Of a DNA stretch of 64,000 nt, positions 24,701 through 38,400 are shown piece by piece; the stretch's first letter is position 1, and each line of letters starts with the position of its first letter. A program made the translations under genes and the position numbers. The notes under the pieces are model-generated. The model was given only the letters and a program-made list of their open reading frames with translations, was not told the origin of the DNA and ran no database searches. The stretch covers positions 6,662,208 to 6,726,207 of the forward strand of contig JAZGQO010000014.1 of NCBI GenBank assembly GCA_036850965.1, written 5' to 3'. This stretch comes from Patella caerulea (taxonomy: Eukaryota).

Positions 24701-27700
24701 AAAATATAAAAATTAAAACTATCTTGGAAACATTCTTGCATTGGTATCAGTAATGATAAATAACATTAACTGTTTATTAATTATTGATATTGATATTAAT
24801 TTACGAATCTCCGTCTTTCTTCAAATAGGTTGAATGCATAATTTGGTGTAAATCTTTGTAAATAATGTGTAAATACCACTTGATCTTAAAGCCACCAATG
24901 TATATATACTTATCTATACCACGGGTTTCCTATATACCACACAGTGACCATTAGTAAACAAAGTTATTGACGTCTATATATTTTTGTATTTTGCCTAAAA
25001 TACATCATGTTTTCTAGTATGGCGATTGTAGTTTTTTTTATTTCTAAGGTAGCTCACATATCATATTTTGATATTATTTTGCTTTAGTCTCGGTTGTATT
25101 GTAGAGCTTGTCTCATCTTCATTAGATCTCCTTTGCTAACTTATTAAATATATATTTAGTATAAAATAGTATGATAATATTATGATCTTTTTTAAATTAC
25201 AGATTCTATTTATATATAGTTTGATATTCAATATTGAAACGTGAACTGTTAATTTGTTATGTTAAATGGTGCCACGAAGTTCAAAGAGGAACAATTATAT
25301 AATCTGCTTAATCTGCAGTGTAAAGCGTATGTTGATAGCATTATATGATTACCTGGACGCAAGAGTGGCCACCTAATGTGATATGGTGTTTTTGGTTATG
25401 CATAATATAGAGCACTGAGATAGTAGACCTGCGATTAGTTGTCCTGCATTATTGTTACCTTTCTGCTGGAAACCAGGCATACTATATAATTAGGCTATTA
25501 TATTGCTTCGTTCAGTGCGAGTGGGTAAGAATGAAAGGAGTAGAAATTCGTATCGGGACATTTTTGGTATTTAATTCGTACATATAAATTGAAACACCCC
25601 ACGAACATGTTCGAATATTGGAAAGTAAACAAAGACAAGTGACTGGCGTAAATATAGGTACCACGAAGGAGTAGAATTACAGGAGAAAAGGGGTATTCTA
25701 TCACACATGAATGAAAGAGTTTTCTGAATATCTACTCCTTTCGTTATATTATCAGATTAAGACATGCTGTTATAGTGCGTTATTTGTTACGTTCTGTTAT
25801 TTCTTTTGTTACATTTTTTAAAAAGGCGTTTCAATATTGTATGTTTTGTTTACTCTTGAAACTGATTTCTAATTGTTTAATTTGTAAATATATGAAATAC
25901 TATCAAAGGCTTGGTGCAAATGTTATATATTTTTTGATATGTAGAGTGAAATAAAAACAAATTGATTTTCCCGAGAGCTATATTTTTGTCTTTTATTTTA
26001 CTCCGAAGTAATAAATGGGCTACTTCAAATAATATTCCTGGACATAACATTTAACAAAATATTTATAATTGAATATGAAATATGGAATGTTTTCCATCCG
26101 ATTAAATGAATTTTCTTCGGGTGAGGTGGGGGGTGGTTAGTGTATCTGATAATTATTTGTCTGAAAGACATTGTAAACAAGTAATTATGGCCAGCTTTAG
26201 TGTTCACTTGATGCTAAAACTGACCCTTATACAGTATAGAGAAAAACTTTTCCCTTTGGATTTGAATGCACATTCAATCCAACGTTTGGAAAATACCGTA
26301 AAGTCATTGTAATGTGTGAAAATAAACTATATAATATAAGCGCTTAACATTTACATGTAGTATTCAATATTCCTAGGCGTGTAATGTATACAAAGGCTGT
26401 ATGAGTCATTTCATTGTAAATATATATCAAATTGTCACTGGTATACAGGTGTGTTTATTGATTAGAAGGGAAAGAGATCTTTTTAAAATTTTAAAATACA
26501 CTGTAAAGTTATAATTCATAAATTCCAAGGTGACATCAATTTGTACAGTGTTCCCAGTCATAAATTTCAGTAAAGTAATAATTATCAATTTGGAAGGTGT
26601 GGGTCTTACTGTTTCTTGCATATCCTACAGTTAAAGCTTCGGAGTATAAGGCCTACCATTGTCGAGTGTGCGACATTTATAGAAAACGATGTACAACATT
26701 TGCGTAAAATCGCCATGTTATGATAAAAGCTTTAGTCTATAACACACCATTTACCTGGCGAAGCAGCAAGCCAATCTTATAGCATTTATGTAGCCTACCC
26801 GTTTATCGATGTGGTCAATTTCGTCCCGTCTGATCCTCTGGTGCAAAGCCCCTCTATTATACTTTTTGAGCGACATTGCAGTTACATTGTAGTGATATTA
26901 AATATTCAACTAATACAGCAATTTCGCGATGTAACATTTTTGGTGTAAAATATTTGGGGTAAAAAAATGTTCTCTGGACTATAGCCTAATGCTACGTAAG
27001 CCTACATCATTTCAACTAGGACTTCGGGAAAATACAACGTGGTTTTTTTTTTTGTTTTTAATATCCATTTAAATAATGAAACTATAGCCACTTTCTGACG
27101 TTTGCTTATATGTCATAGACGTGCTGAGAGTTCAAATTTATGATATAAGGGAGACAAGTCTGTTTAAAATGCTTCTCAGCGGTCCCTTGCTATACTGGCG
27201 CTTATTATATTGGCACATCTGGAAGACCTAAAGTTGACGGCTGTTTCAGGGTCTAAAGCATCTCATTATATTGAATACGCTTTATAGACTTTTATAGGAA
27301 TCAGATTTCATCTAAACAAAATCAATAAATAATAATATTTAACATCGGAACAGATCATGGAATTAGCGGGGCTCTGTGGTCGCAACTGGGACGGAATGGG
27401 CCGAAAATCTCACGCACCCAATTGGCGCATTTTTGGCCAATCGGGGCGGCACCGTGATTTAACCTCAAATGGACTACGAATAAGCCGAAAGAGTAGTGAA
27501 TTGTTTCGAATCGTTTTCGAATAGTCCACGATTGTCAGAATAATTTACGAACAACGAACGGATACGTTTCAGCTACGACTTTCTCGCCTATATTCTAACA
27601 AGCGATCCCGATTTAGCAATATCTCCATAATGCAACGCACCCTTGGGGGCTATACGTGCTTGCTGTGCAATGGCCTTTCTTTCATGCTGGGTCCGGGGAA

Positions 27701-27801
27701 GTGGCATGACCTCGCCTTCCAGCTCTTCGAACCTGGCTGGCACACCCTGTCTTCTCCGGCGTTGCTCTTGCCAAATCTGAAGTCATGACGGAGTATACCA
27801 T

Positions 27802-28095
27802 GGCCTCACAAAGCATTCTCAGGCGTTATTTAAGAATTTACACAAAATTGTTCTCTTTTAAAGTAGCTAAGTCTCTAACTCATATCATCCAAAATCTTGA
27901 ACATTGAAAACACAAATTATTTGGCAATTTAAATCAACATTTACCGAAAAAAGATGGGCTTCTGATATCCAATATTTAAGACAAAATAAACATTTTACCA
28001 TTGGTACACGAATCGTGTCGATAATGCGTTTCAGACCCAATTCTAGCAAGAGACTCGTGGACCGAGGCTAGAAATATTACACCAAATCAAACGGT
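27802..28095. mobile_element. MITE-family element carrying a left-type terminus (GGCCTCACAAAGCATTCTCAGgcg...CAAAATTGTTC). Its interior is shared with 51260-51515.
   Basis: The terminus matches the left TIR of the MITE at 8477-8718. The ~250-bp interior (TTTTAAAGTAGCTAAGTCTCTAA...GATGGGCwTCTGATATCCAATATTTA...CATTTTACCATTGGTAC) recurs at 51273-51510. Confidence 0.45.
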
Positions 28096-28454
28096 AAGCA
28101 CTCTTTCAGAGCTACCACAAAGTGACAGGCATCATACACACCAGTGCAGAATGATTGACAGCTGTCAGCCTTCACCTTAGAAATATCAAGGGAAATAATT
28201 CTAACAACTGGACGCAGACCACATAAATGTTAAAACCTGTTCTACTGCTATTCCAGGCCACGAATTTAAAGTACATTGTATAGCCATAAACTAATATAGC
28301 CATATTTATATCCGTAACTTTGACAATCTGTCTTTGGCCCATAATGCCATTAATCCCCCTCCCCGCACATGCACAAAAAGTCACGAAAGAAATAGATAAA
28401 CCTTCAATGTTTTAATTTTTCTATACCCCCCACCCCACATCCACACACACACAC

Positions 28455-28700
28455 ACCATTATTATATTGACTTTCACAGCAGGATTGTTTTTATTTAGAA
28501 TGTCCCCAGCAGTATTTTCTCCATTGGTCCCAACAACATGATTTTTTTATTAGCGCCCACGGCACGATTTTTTAAATATTGCATGTTATAATAATATTAG
28601 TATTTCTATGGTCCCAATGATTTTATATAGATTGCCAGTCACAGCAGAATTTTTATTCGCATTAGCCCCCACAACAAAGTTTTCTTTAGATTATCCATCA
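28455..28700. repeat. Degenerate satellite-related monomers (CAsAGCAGrATTTT...), forming the left edge of the satellite domain.
   Basis: Repeated CACAGCAG(G/A)ATT motifs at ~30-45-bp spacing; more diverged than the main array. Confidence 0.4.
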
Positions 28701-28704
28701 CGTC

Positions 28705-28951
28705 GGGCCTTGAGTTCACTAAGCATCCTCAGGCTTAAGTTAATAATTTACTCAACTTTCAATTACTGTTTATAAGAAATATCTTTGATCCCCAAACTCA
28801 AAACTTTGCACATTGTTTCTTATTCATGTATGCCTATTTGATACATTAAAACAGCCAAGGTTTTATACAGGGCTATATTTTAGTTAAAATAAGGCGAACA
28901 ATTTTGAGTAAATTATAAACTAAAGTCTGAGAGTGCTTTGTTCAGTTTGGC
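28705..28951. mobile_element. MITE of ~247 bp, same family as 8477-8718, inserted in the degenerate satellite edge.
   Basis: The left end is GGCCTTGAGTTCACTAAGCATCCTCAGGCTTAAGTTAATAATTTACTCAA. The right end is its reverse complement (TTGAGTAAATTATAAACTAAAGTCTGAGAGTGCTTTGTTCAGTTTGGC). Confidence 0.6.
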
Positions 28952-29444
28952 TTTCACAGCAAAATTTTTCTTAAGATTAATGCCCCCACCATTATTCTCT
29001 AAAGATTGCCCCACCCCACCCCTCAAAGAGGTAATTATTTATAATGGTTCTGATTGGCACTCACAGCAGGATGTTCAATAGATTAGTCTCAACAATAAGA
29101 TTTTCTCTAGATTACTACAGTATATTTATTACTAAATTATTACAGCATATTTATTACTATTACATCATATTTATTATTATTATTACAGCATATTTATAGT
29201 GCCCCCTTTCATATTCCGTGTTTAGGGGCACTTTACAAAGTGACAATGTAATCATATAAAAAAACACAAAAAAAACAACAACCAAATTATGGACATATCA
29301 GTTGTATGCAGTGTCTGTTAAAGCGGCTTTAAATAAACGTTTTAAAACGTTTTTTTTATACTGCATGGAATATTATTCTATAAAACATACAGTTGAAAAC
29401 TAAAACAGCCCCCATAAGAGTCTTACAGAAACTGCGAATGTTCG

Positions 29445-32400
29445 GCCCAGCAGAATTTTTCGTCGGAATAGCCATCACAGCACAATTTGTTTTCAGATTA
29501 GTTCCCACAACACGATTTTCTATAGATTGGTCCCAACAGAGGGTTTTGGTTTAGATATCCATCACATCAGGATTTCCGTTAGATTCTTTAGAATATCAAT
29601 TATATCAGGAATTTCTTTCTTAAGATTATTATCCATCATAGCAGAATTATTCGGCACAATAGCCATCACAAATTTTGGGTCAAAATAGCTATCACAGCTG
29701 AATTTTCTATCGATTGGTCCCGACAGGAATAATTCGTTCTCAGCAGGATTTTCTATACATTGCACCCAACAACATTATTTTTTCGAAGATTATCATTCGT
29801 ATCAGGAATTGTGGTTAGATTAATCACCAGAACAGCAGAATTATTCGGCATAATAGCCACCAAAACAGAATTTTTCATCAGAATAGCTATCACAGCAGAA
29901 TTTTCTATAGATTGTTCCCGCAGCAGGACTTGTCCTTAGATTATTTAGTATATTTAGCAGAGGAGGAATAGTCATTAGCATATCCATCACAGTAGAATAT
30001 TTTCATCACAACAGCCATGACAGCAGAATATTTTCATCACAACAGCCATACACAGCTTAATTTGTTTTTAGCTTGGTTCCAACAGCAAGATTTTCTATAG
30101 ATTGGTATAAACAGCATGCTTTTCTATAGATTGGTTAAAACAGCATCATTTTCCTTTAGATTATCCATCATATAAGGAATTTCGTTAGAATATCCATCAC
30201 AACAGGTTAATTCGGGAAAATAGCCAGCACAACAGACTTATAAGTCAGAATAGCTGTCACAGCAGAATTTTATACAGATTGGTCCTAACTGGAAGAATTA
30301 TGGTTAGATTATTCAACAGAGCTGAAATTTTCGTCACAGTAGCGGTTATAACAGACAGCAGAATATTTTTATCACAATAGCCATGACAGCAGTAGTTGTT
30401 TTCTGCTTGGATATCTTCTATAGATTGGTTTAAACAGCTGGATTTTTCTTCAGATTATCCATCATATCAGGAATTTCGTTACATTATCTATCACAGCAAT
30501 GATATTCGGCAGATAACCACAAAAACAGTACTTTCGTCAAAATAGCTATCACAGCAGAATTTTCTATAGACTAGTCCCAACAGCAGGAATTGTGGTTAGT
30601 TTATTCAGCAGAGCAGAAATTGTCGTTAGAAAATCCACGAAGGCAGAATATTTTCGTCACAATAGCCATGACAGCAGAATATTTTCATCACAAAAGCATA
30701 ACTGCAAAATTTGTTTTTAGTTTGGTTCCAACAGCAGGATTCTCTATAGATTGGTTTAAACAACAGGATTTTCTATAGATTGGTTTAAACAGCAGTATTT
30801 TCTATAGATTGGTTTAAACAGGATTTTTCTTTAGATTATCCATCATATAAGCAATATCGTTAGAATATCCTTACAACAGGTTTATTCGGCAGAATAGCCA
30901 GCACAGCAGATTTTAAATTGAAGAATTGTGGTTAGATTATTCAACAGAGCTGGATTTTTCGTCACAATAGCGATTACAGCAGAATATTTTTATCACAATA
31001 GCCATGACAGCAGAAGTTGTTTTCAGTTTGGATATCTTCTATAGATTGGTTTAAACAGCTGGATTTTTCTTCAGATTATCCATCATATCAGGAATTTCGT
31101 TACATTATCCATCACAGCAATGTTATTCGGTAGATAACCACTAAAACAGTGTTTTCGTCGAAATATCTATCACAGCAGAATTTTCTATAGACTAGTCCCA
31201 ACAGCAGGAATTGTGGTTAGATTATTCAGCAGAACAGGGATTGCCGTTAGAAAATCCATGAAGGCAGAATATTTTCGTCACAATAGCCATGACAGCAAAA
31301 TATTTTCATCACAAAAGCATAACTGCAAAATTTGTTTTTAGTTTGGTTCCAACAGCAGGATTTTCTATAGATTGGTTTAAACAGCAGGATTTTCTAACTG
31401 AAAGAATTGCGGTTAGATTATTCATCAGAGCTGAAATTTTCGTCACAGTAGCGATTACAGCAGAATATTTCGTTATATCTAATTTCGTTAGATTATAGCG
31501 ATTAGAGCAGAATATTTTTATCACAATAGCCATGACAGCAGAAGATGGTTTCAGCTTGGATATCTTCTATAGATTGGTTTAAAAAGCTGGATTTTTCTTC
31601 AGATTATCCATCAAATAAGGAATTTCGTTAGATTATTCATCACAGCAATATTATTCGGCAGATATCCACCAAAACAGAATTTTTCGTCAGATTAGCTATC
31701 ACAGCAGAATTTTCTATAGATTGGTCCAAAAAACAGGAATTGTGGTTAGATTATTCAGCAGAGCAGGAATTGTCGTTAGAAAATCCATGACAGCAGAATA
31801 TTTCCGTCACAATAGCCATGACAGCAGAATGTCTTCATCACAACAGCCATACACAGCTAAATTTGTTTTTAGTTTGGTTCCTACAGCAAGATTTTCTATA
31901 GATTGGTTTAAACAGCATGATTTTCTATAGATTGGTTTAAACAGCAGGATTTTCCTTTAGATTATCCATCATACAAGGAATTTCGTTAGAATATCCATCA
32001 CTAGGTTTATTCGGCAGAATAGCCAGCACAGCAGACTTATTCTGCAGGATAGCTATCACAGCAGAATTTTCTACAGATTGGTCCTAACTGGAAGAATTGT
32101 GGTTAGATTATTCAACAAAGCTGAAATTTTCGTCAGAATAGCGATTACAGCTGAATATTTTTACCCCAATAGCCATGACAGCAGAAGTTGTTTTCTGCTT
32201 GCATATTTTCTATAGATTGGTTTAAACAGCTGGAATGTTCTTCAGATTATCCATCATATCAGGAATTTCGTTCGATTATTCATCACAGCAATATTATTCG
32301 ACACCAAAACAGAATATTTCGCCAGAATAGCTATCACAGCAGAATTTTCTATAGACTAGTCCCAACAGCAGGAATTGTGGTTAGATTATTCAGCAGAACA

Positions 32401-35400
32401 GGAATTGCCGTTAGAAAATCCACGAAGGCAGAATATTTTCGACACAATAGCCATGACAGCAGAATATTTTCATCACAAAAGCATAACTGCAAAATTTGTT
32501 TTTAGTTTGGTTCTAACAGCAGGATTTTCTATAGATTGTTTTAAACAGCAGTATTTTCTATAGATTGGTTTAAACAGCAGGATTTTTCCTTAGATTATCC
32601 ATCATATAAGGAATTTCGTTAGAATATCCATCACAATAGGTTTATTCGACAGAATAGCCAGCACGGCAGACTTACTCTGCAGGACGGATATCACAGCAGA
32701 ATTTTCTATATACTGGTCCTAACTGGAAGAATTGCGGTTAGATTATTCATCAGAGCTGAAATTTTCGTCACAGTAGCGATTACAGCAGAATATTTTTATC
32801 ACAATAGCCATGACAGCAGAAGTTGTTTTCTGCTTGGATATCTTCTATAGATTGGTTTAAAAAGCTGGATTTTTCTTCAGATTATCCATCAAATAAGGAA
32901 TTTCGTTAGATTATTCATCACAGCAATATTATTCGGCAGATAGCCACCAAAACAGAATTTTTCGTCAGATTAGCTATCACAGCAGAATTTTCTATAGATT
33001 GGTCCAAAAACAGGAATTGGGGTTAGATTATTAGTTTATTCAGCAGAGCAGAAATTGTCGTTAGAAAATCCACGAAGGCAGAATATTTTCGTCACAATAG
33101 CCATGACAGCAGAATATTTTCATCACAAAAGCATAACTGCAAAATTTGTTTTTAGTTTGGTTCCAACAGCAGGATTCTCTATAGATTGGTTTAAACAACA
33201 GGATTTTCTATAGATTGGTTTAAACAGCAGTATTTTCTATAGATTGGTTTAAACAGGATTTTTCTTTAGATTATCCATCATATAAGCAATATCGTTAGAA
33301 TATCCTTACAACAGGTTTATTCGGCAGAATAGCCAGCACAGCAGATTTTAAATTGAAGAATTGTGGTTAGATTATTCAACAGAGCTGGATTTTTCGTCAC
33401 AATAGCGATTACAGCAGAATATTTTTATCACAATAGCCATGACAGCAGAAGTTGTTTTCAGTTTGGATATCTTCTATAGATTGGTTTAAACAGCTGGATT
33501 TTTCTTCAGATTATCCATCATATCAGGAATTTCGTTACATTATCCATCACAGCAATGTTATTCGGTAGATAACCACTAAAACAGTGTTTTCGTCAAAATA
33601 TCTATCACAGCAGAATTTTCTATAGACTAGTCCCAACAGCAGGAATTGTGGTTAGATTATTCAGCAGAACAGGAATTGCCGTTAGAAAATCCATGAAGGC
33701 AGAATATTTTCGTCACAATAGCCATGACAGCAAAATATTTTCATCACAAAAGCATAACTGCAAAATTTGTTTTTAGTTTGGTTCCAACAGCAGGATTTTC
33801 TATAGATTGGTTTAAACAGCAGGATTTTCTAACTGAAAGAATTGCGGTTAGATTATTCATCAGAGCTGAAATTTTCGTCACAGTAGCGATTACAGCAGAA
33901 TTTTTCGTTACATCTAATTTCGTTAGATTATAGCGATTAGAGCAGAATATTTTTATCACAATAGCCATGACAGCAGAAGATGTTTTCAGCTTGGATATCT
34001 TCTATAGATTGGTTTAAAAAGCTGGATTTTTCTTCACATTATCCATCAAATAAGGAATTTCGTTAGATTATTCATCACAGCAATATTATTCGGCAGATAT
34101 CCACCAAAACAGAATTTTTCGTCAGATTAGCTATCACAGCAGAATTTTCTATAGATTGGTCCAAAAAACAGGAATTGTGGTTAGATTATTCAGCAGAGCA
34201 GGAATTGTCGTTAGAAAATCCATGACAGCAGAATATTTCCGTCACAATAGCCATGACAGCAGAATGTCTTCATCATAACAGCCATACACAGCTAAATTTG
34301 TTTTAGCTTGTTTCCTACAGCAAGATTTTCTATAGATTGGTTTAAACAGCATGATTTTCTATAGATTGGTTTAAACAGCAGGATTTTCCTTTAGATTATC
34401 CATCATACAAGGAATTTAGTTAGAATATCCATCACTAGGTTTATTCGGCAGAATAGCCAGCACAGCAGACTTATTCTGCAGGATAGCTATCACAGCAGAA
34501 TTTTCTACAGATTGATCCTAACTGGAAGAATTGTGGTTAGATTATTCAACAAAGCTGAAATTTTCGTCAGAATAGCAATTACAGCTGAATATTTTTACCC
34601 CAATAGCCATGACAGCAGAAGTTGTTTTCTGCTTGCATATTTTCTATAGATTGGTTTAAACAGCTGGAATGTTCTTCAGATTATCCATCATATCAGGAAT
34701 TTCGTTCGATTATTCATCACAGCAATATTATTCGACACCAAAACAGAATATTTCGTCGGAATAGCTATCACAGCAGAATTTTCTATAGACTAGTCCCAAC
34801 AGCAGGAATTGTGGTTAGATTATTCAGCAGAACAGGAATTGCCGTTAGAAAATCCACGAAGGCAGAATATTTTCGTCACAATAGCCATGACAGCAGAATA
34901 TTTTCATCACAAAAGCATAACTGCAAAATTTGTTTTTAGTTTGGTTCTAACAGCAGGATTTTCTATAGATTGTTTTAAACAGCAGTATTTTCTATAGATT
35001 GGTTTAAACAGCAGGATTTTTCCTTAGATTATCCATCATATAAGGAATTTCGTTAGAATATCCATCACAATAGGTTTATTCGACAGAATAGCCAGCCCGG
35101 CAGACTTACTCTGCAAGACGGATATCACAGCAGAATTTTCTATATACTGGTCCTAACTGGAAGAATTGCGGTTAGATTATTCATCAGAGCTGAAATTTTC
35201 GTCACAGTAGCGATTACAGCAGAATATTTTTATCACAATAGCCATGACAGCAGAAGTTGTTTTCTGCTTGGATATCTTCTTTTGATTGGTTTAAAAAGCT
35301 GGATTTTTCTTCAGATTATCCATCAAATAAGGAATTTCGTTAGATTATTCATCACAGCAATATTATTCGGCAGATAGCCACCAAAACAGAATTTTTCGTC

Positions 35401-38400
35401 AGATTAGCTATCACAGCAGAATTTTCTATAGATTGGTCCAAAAAACAGGAATTGTGGTTAGATTATTCAGCAGAGCAGGAATTGTCGTTAGAAAATCCAT
35501 CACAGCAGAATATTTTCGTCACAATAGCCATGACAGCAGAATGTCTTCATCACAACAGCCATATACAACTAAATTTGTTTTTAGCTTGGTTCCTACAGCA
35601 TTATTTTCTATAGATTGGTTTAAACAGCATGATTTTCTATAGATTGGTTTAAACAGCAGGATTTTCCTTTAGATTATCCATCATACAAAGAATTTCGTTA
35701 GAATATCCATCACTAGGTTTATTCGGCAGAATAGCCAGCACAGCAGACTTATTCTGCAGGATAGCTATCACAGCAGAATTTTCTACAGATTGGTCCTAAC
35801 TGGAAGAATTGTGGTTAGATTATTCAACATAGCTGAAATTTTCGTCAGAATAGCGATTACAGCAGAATATTTATACCCCAATAGCCATGACAGCAGAAGT
35901 TGTTTTCTGCTTGCATATTTTCTATAGATTGGTTTAAACAGCTGGAATGTTCTTCAGATTATCCATCATATCAGGAATTTCGTTAGATTATTCATCACAG
36001 CAATATTATTCGACAGATAGCCACCAAAACAGAATATTTCCTCAGAATAGCTATCACAGCAGAATTTTCTATAGACTTATCCCAACAGCAGGAATTGTGG
36101 TTAGATTATTCAGCAGAACAGGAATTGCCGTTTGAAAATCCACGAAGGCAGAATATATTTTCGTCACAATAGCCATGACAGCAGAATATTTTCATCACAA
36201 AAGCATAACTGCAAAATTTGTTTTTAGTTTGGTTCTAACAGCAGGATTTTCTATAGAATGGTTTAAACAGCAGTATTTTCTATAGATTGGTTTAAACAGC
36301 AGGATTTTCAAATAGATTGGTTCTAACTGGAAGAATTGTGTTTAGATTATTCAACAGAGCGGGAATTTTCGTCACAATAGCGATTACAGCAGAATATTTT
36401 TACCACAATAGCCATGACAGCAGAAGTTGTTTTCTGCTTGGTTTTCACTGCAGGATTTTCTTTTGATTGGTTTAAACAGCTGGATTTTTCTTCAGATTAT
36501 CCATCATATCAGGAATTTCGTAAGATTGTTTACCACAGCAATATTATTCGGTAGATAGCCACCAAAACAGAATTTTTCGTTAGAATAGCTATCACAGCAG
36601 AATTTTCTATATATTCATCCCAACAACAGGAATTGTGGTTAGATTAGTCAGCGGAGCAGGAATTGTCGTTAGAAAATCCATGACAGCAGAATATTTTCGT
36701 CATAATAGCCATGACAGCAGAATATTTTCATCACAACAGCCATATACAACTAAATTTGTTTTTAGCCTAGTTCAAGCAGCAGGAATTTCTATAGATTGGT
36801 TTAAACAGCAGAATTTTTCTACAGATTGGTTTAAACAGCAGGATTTTTCATTAGATTATCCATCGTATAAGGAATTTCGTTAGAATATCCACCACAACAG
36901 GTTTATTCGGCAGAATAGCCAGCATAGCAGACTTTTTCGTCAGGATGACTATCACAGCAGAATATTCTATATATTGTTCCTAACTGGAAGAATTGTGGTT
37001 CGATTATTCAACAGAGCTGAAATTTTCGTCAGAATAGCCATTACAGCAGAATATTTTTACCCCAATAGCCAAGACAGCAGAAGCAGAGCAGGAATTGTCG
37101 TCAGAAAATCCACGACAGCAGAATATTTTCGTCACAATAGCCATGACAGCAGAATATTTTCATCACAACAGCCATATACAGCAAAATTTGTTTTTAGCTT
37201 GGTTCAAACAGCAGGATTTTCTATAGATTGGTTTAAACAGCAGGATTTTCTATAGATTGGTTTAAACAGCAGGATTTTTCTTTAGATTATCCATCGTATA
37301 AGGAATTTCGCTAGAATATCCACCACAACAGTTCTATTCGGCAGAATAGCCAGCACAGCAGACTTTTTCGCCAGAATAGCTACCACAGCAGGATTTTCTA
37401 TAGATTGGTCCTAAATGGAAGAATTGTGGTTAGATTATTCAACAGAGCTGGAATTTTCGTCACAATAGCGATTACAGCAGAATATTTTTATCACAATAGC
37501 CATGACAGCAGAAGTTGTTTTCTGCTTGGATATCTTCTATAGATTAGGTTAAACAGCTGGATTTTTCTTCAGATTATCCATCATATCGGGAATTTCGTAA
37601 GATTATCTTATTTGGCAGATAACCACCAAAACAGACTTTTCGTCAAAATAGCTACCACAGCAGAATTTTCTATAGATTGGTCCCAACAGCAGGAATTGTG
37701 GTTAGATTATTCAGCAGAGTAGGAATTGTCGTTAGAAAATCCATGCCAGCAGAATATTTTCGTCACAATAGCCATGACAGCAGAATGTTTTCATCACAAC
37801 AGCCATATACAGCAACATTTTTCTTAGCTTGGTTTAAACAGCAGGATTTTCTATAGATTGGTTTAAACAGCAGGATTTTCTATAGATTGGTTTAAACAGC
37901 AGGATTTTTCTATAGATTATCCATCGTACAAGGAATTTCGTTGGAATATCCATCACATAAGGTATATTCGGCAAAATAACCAGCACAGCAGAATAGTTAT
38001 CACAGCAGAATTTTCTACAGATTGGTTCTTACTGGAAGAATCGTGGTTAGATTATTCAACAGAGCGGAAATTGTCTTCAGAATAGCGATTAGAGCAGAAT
38101 ATTTTTACCCCAATAGCCATGACAGCATAAGTTGTTTTCTGCTTGCATATTTTCTATAGATTGTTTTAAACTGCTGGAATTTTCGTTAGACTATTCATCA
38201 CAGCAATATTATTATACTGCACACAGCGATCCACCTACGTCAGACTTCCGAGAATGTTATTCTCAGACGGAGCTAGCTTGAGATAGGCAGCCTAAGTTTG
38301 GGATTCAATATTATTCGACAGATAGCCACCAAAACAAATTTTCGTCAGAATAGCTATCACAGCAGAATTTTCTATAGATTGATCCCAACAGCAGCAATTG

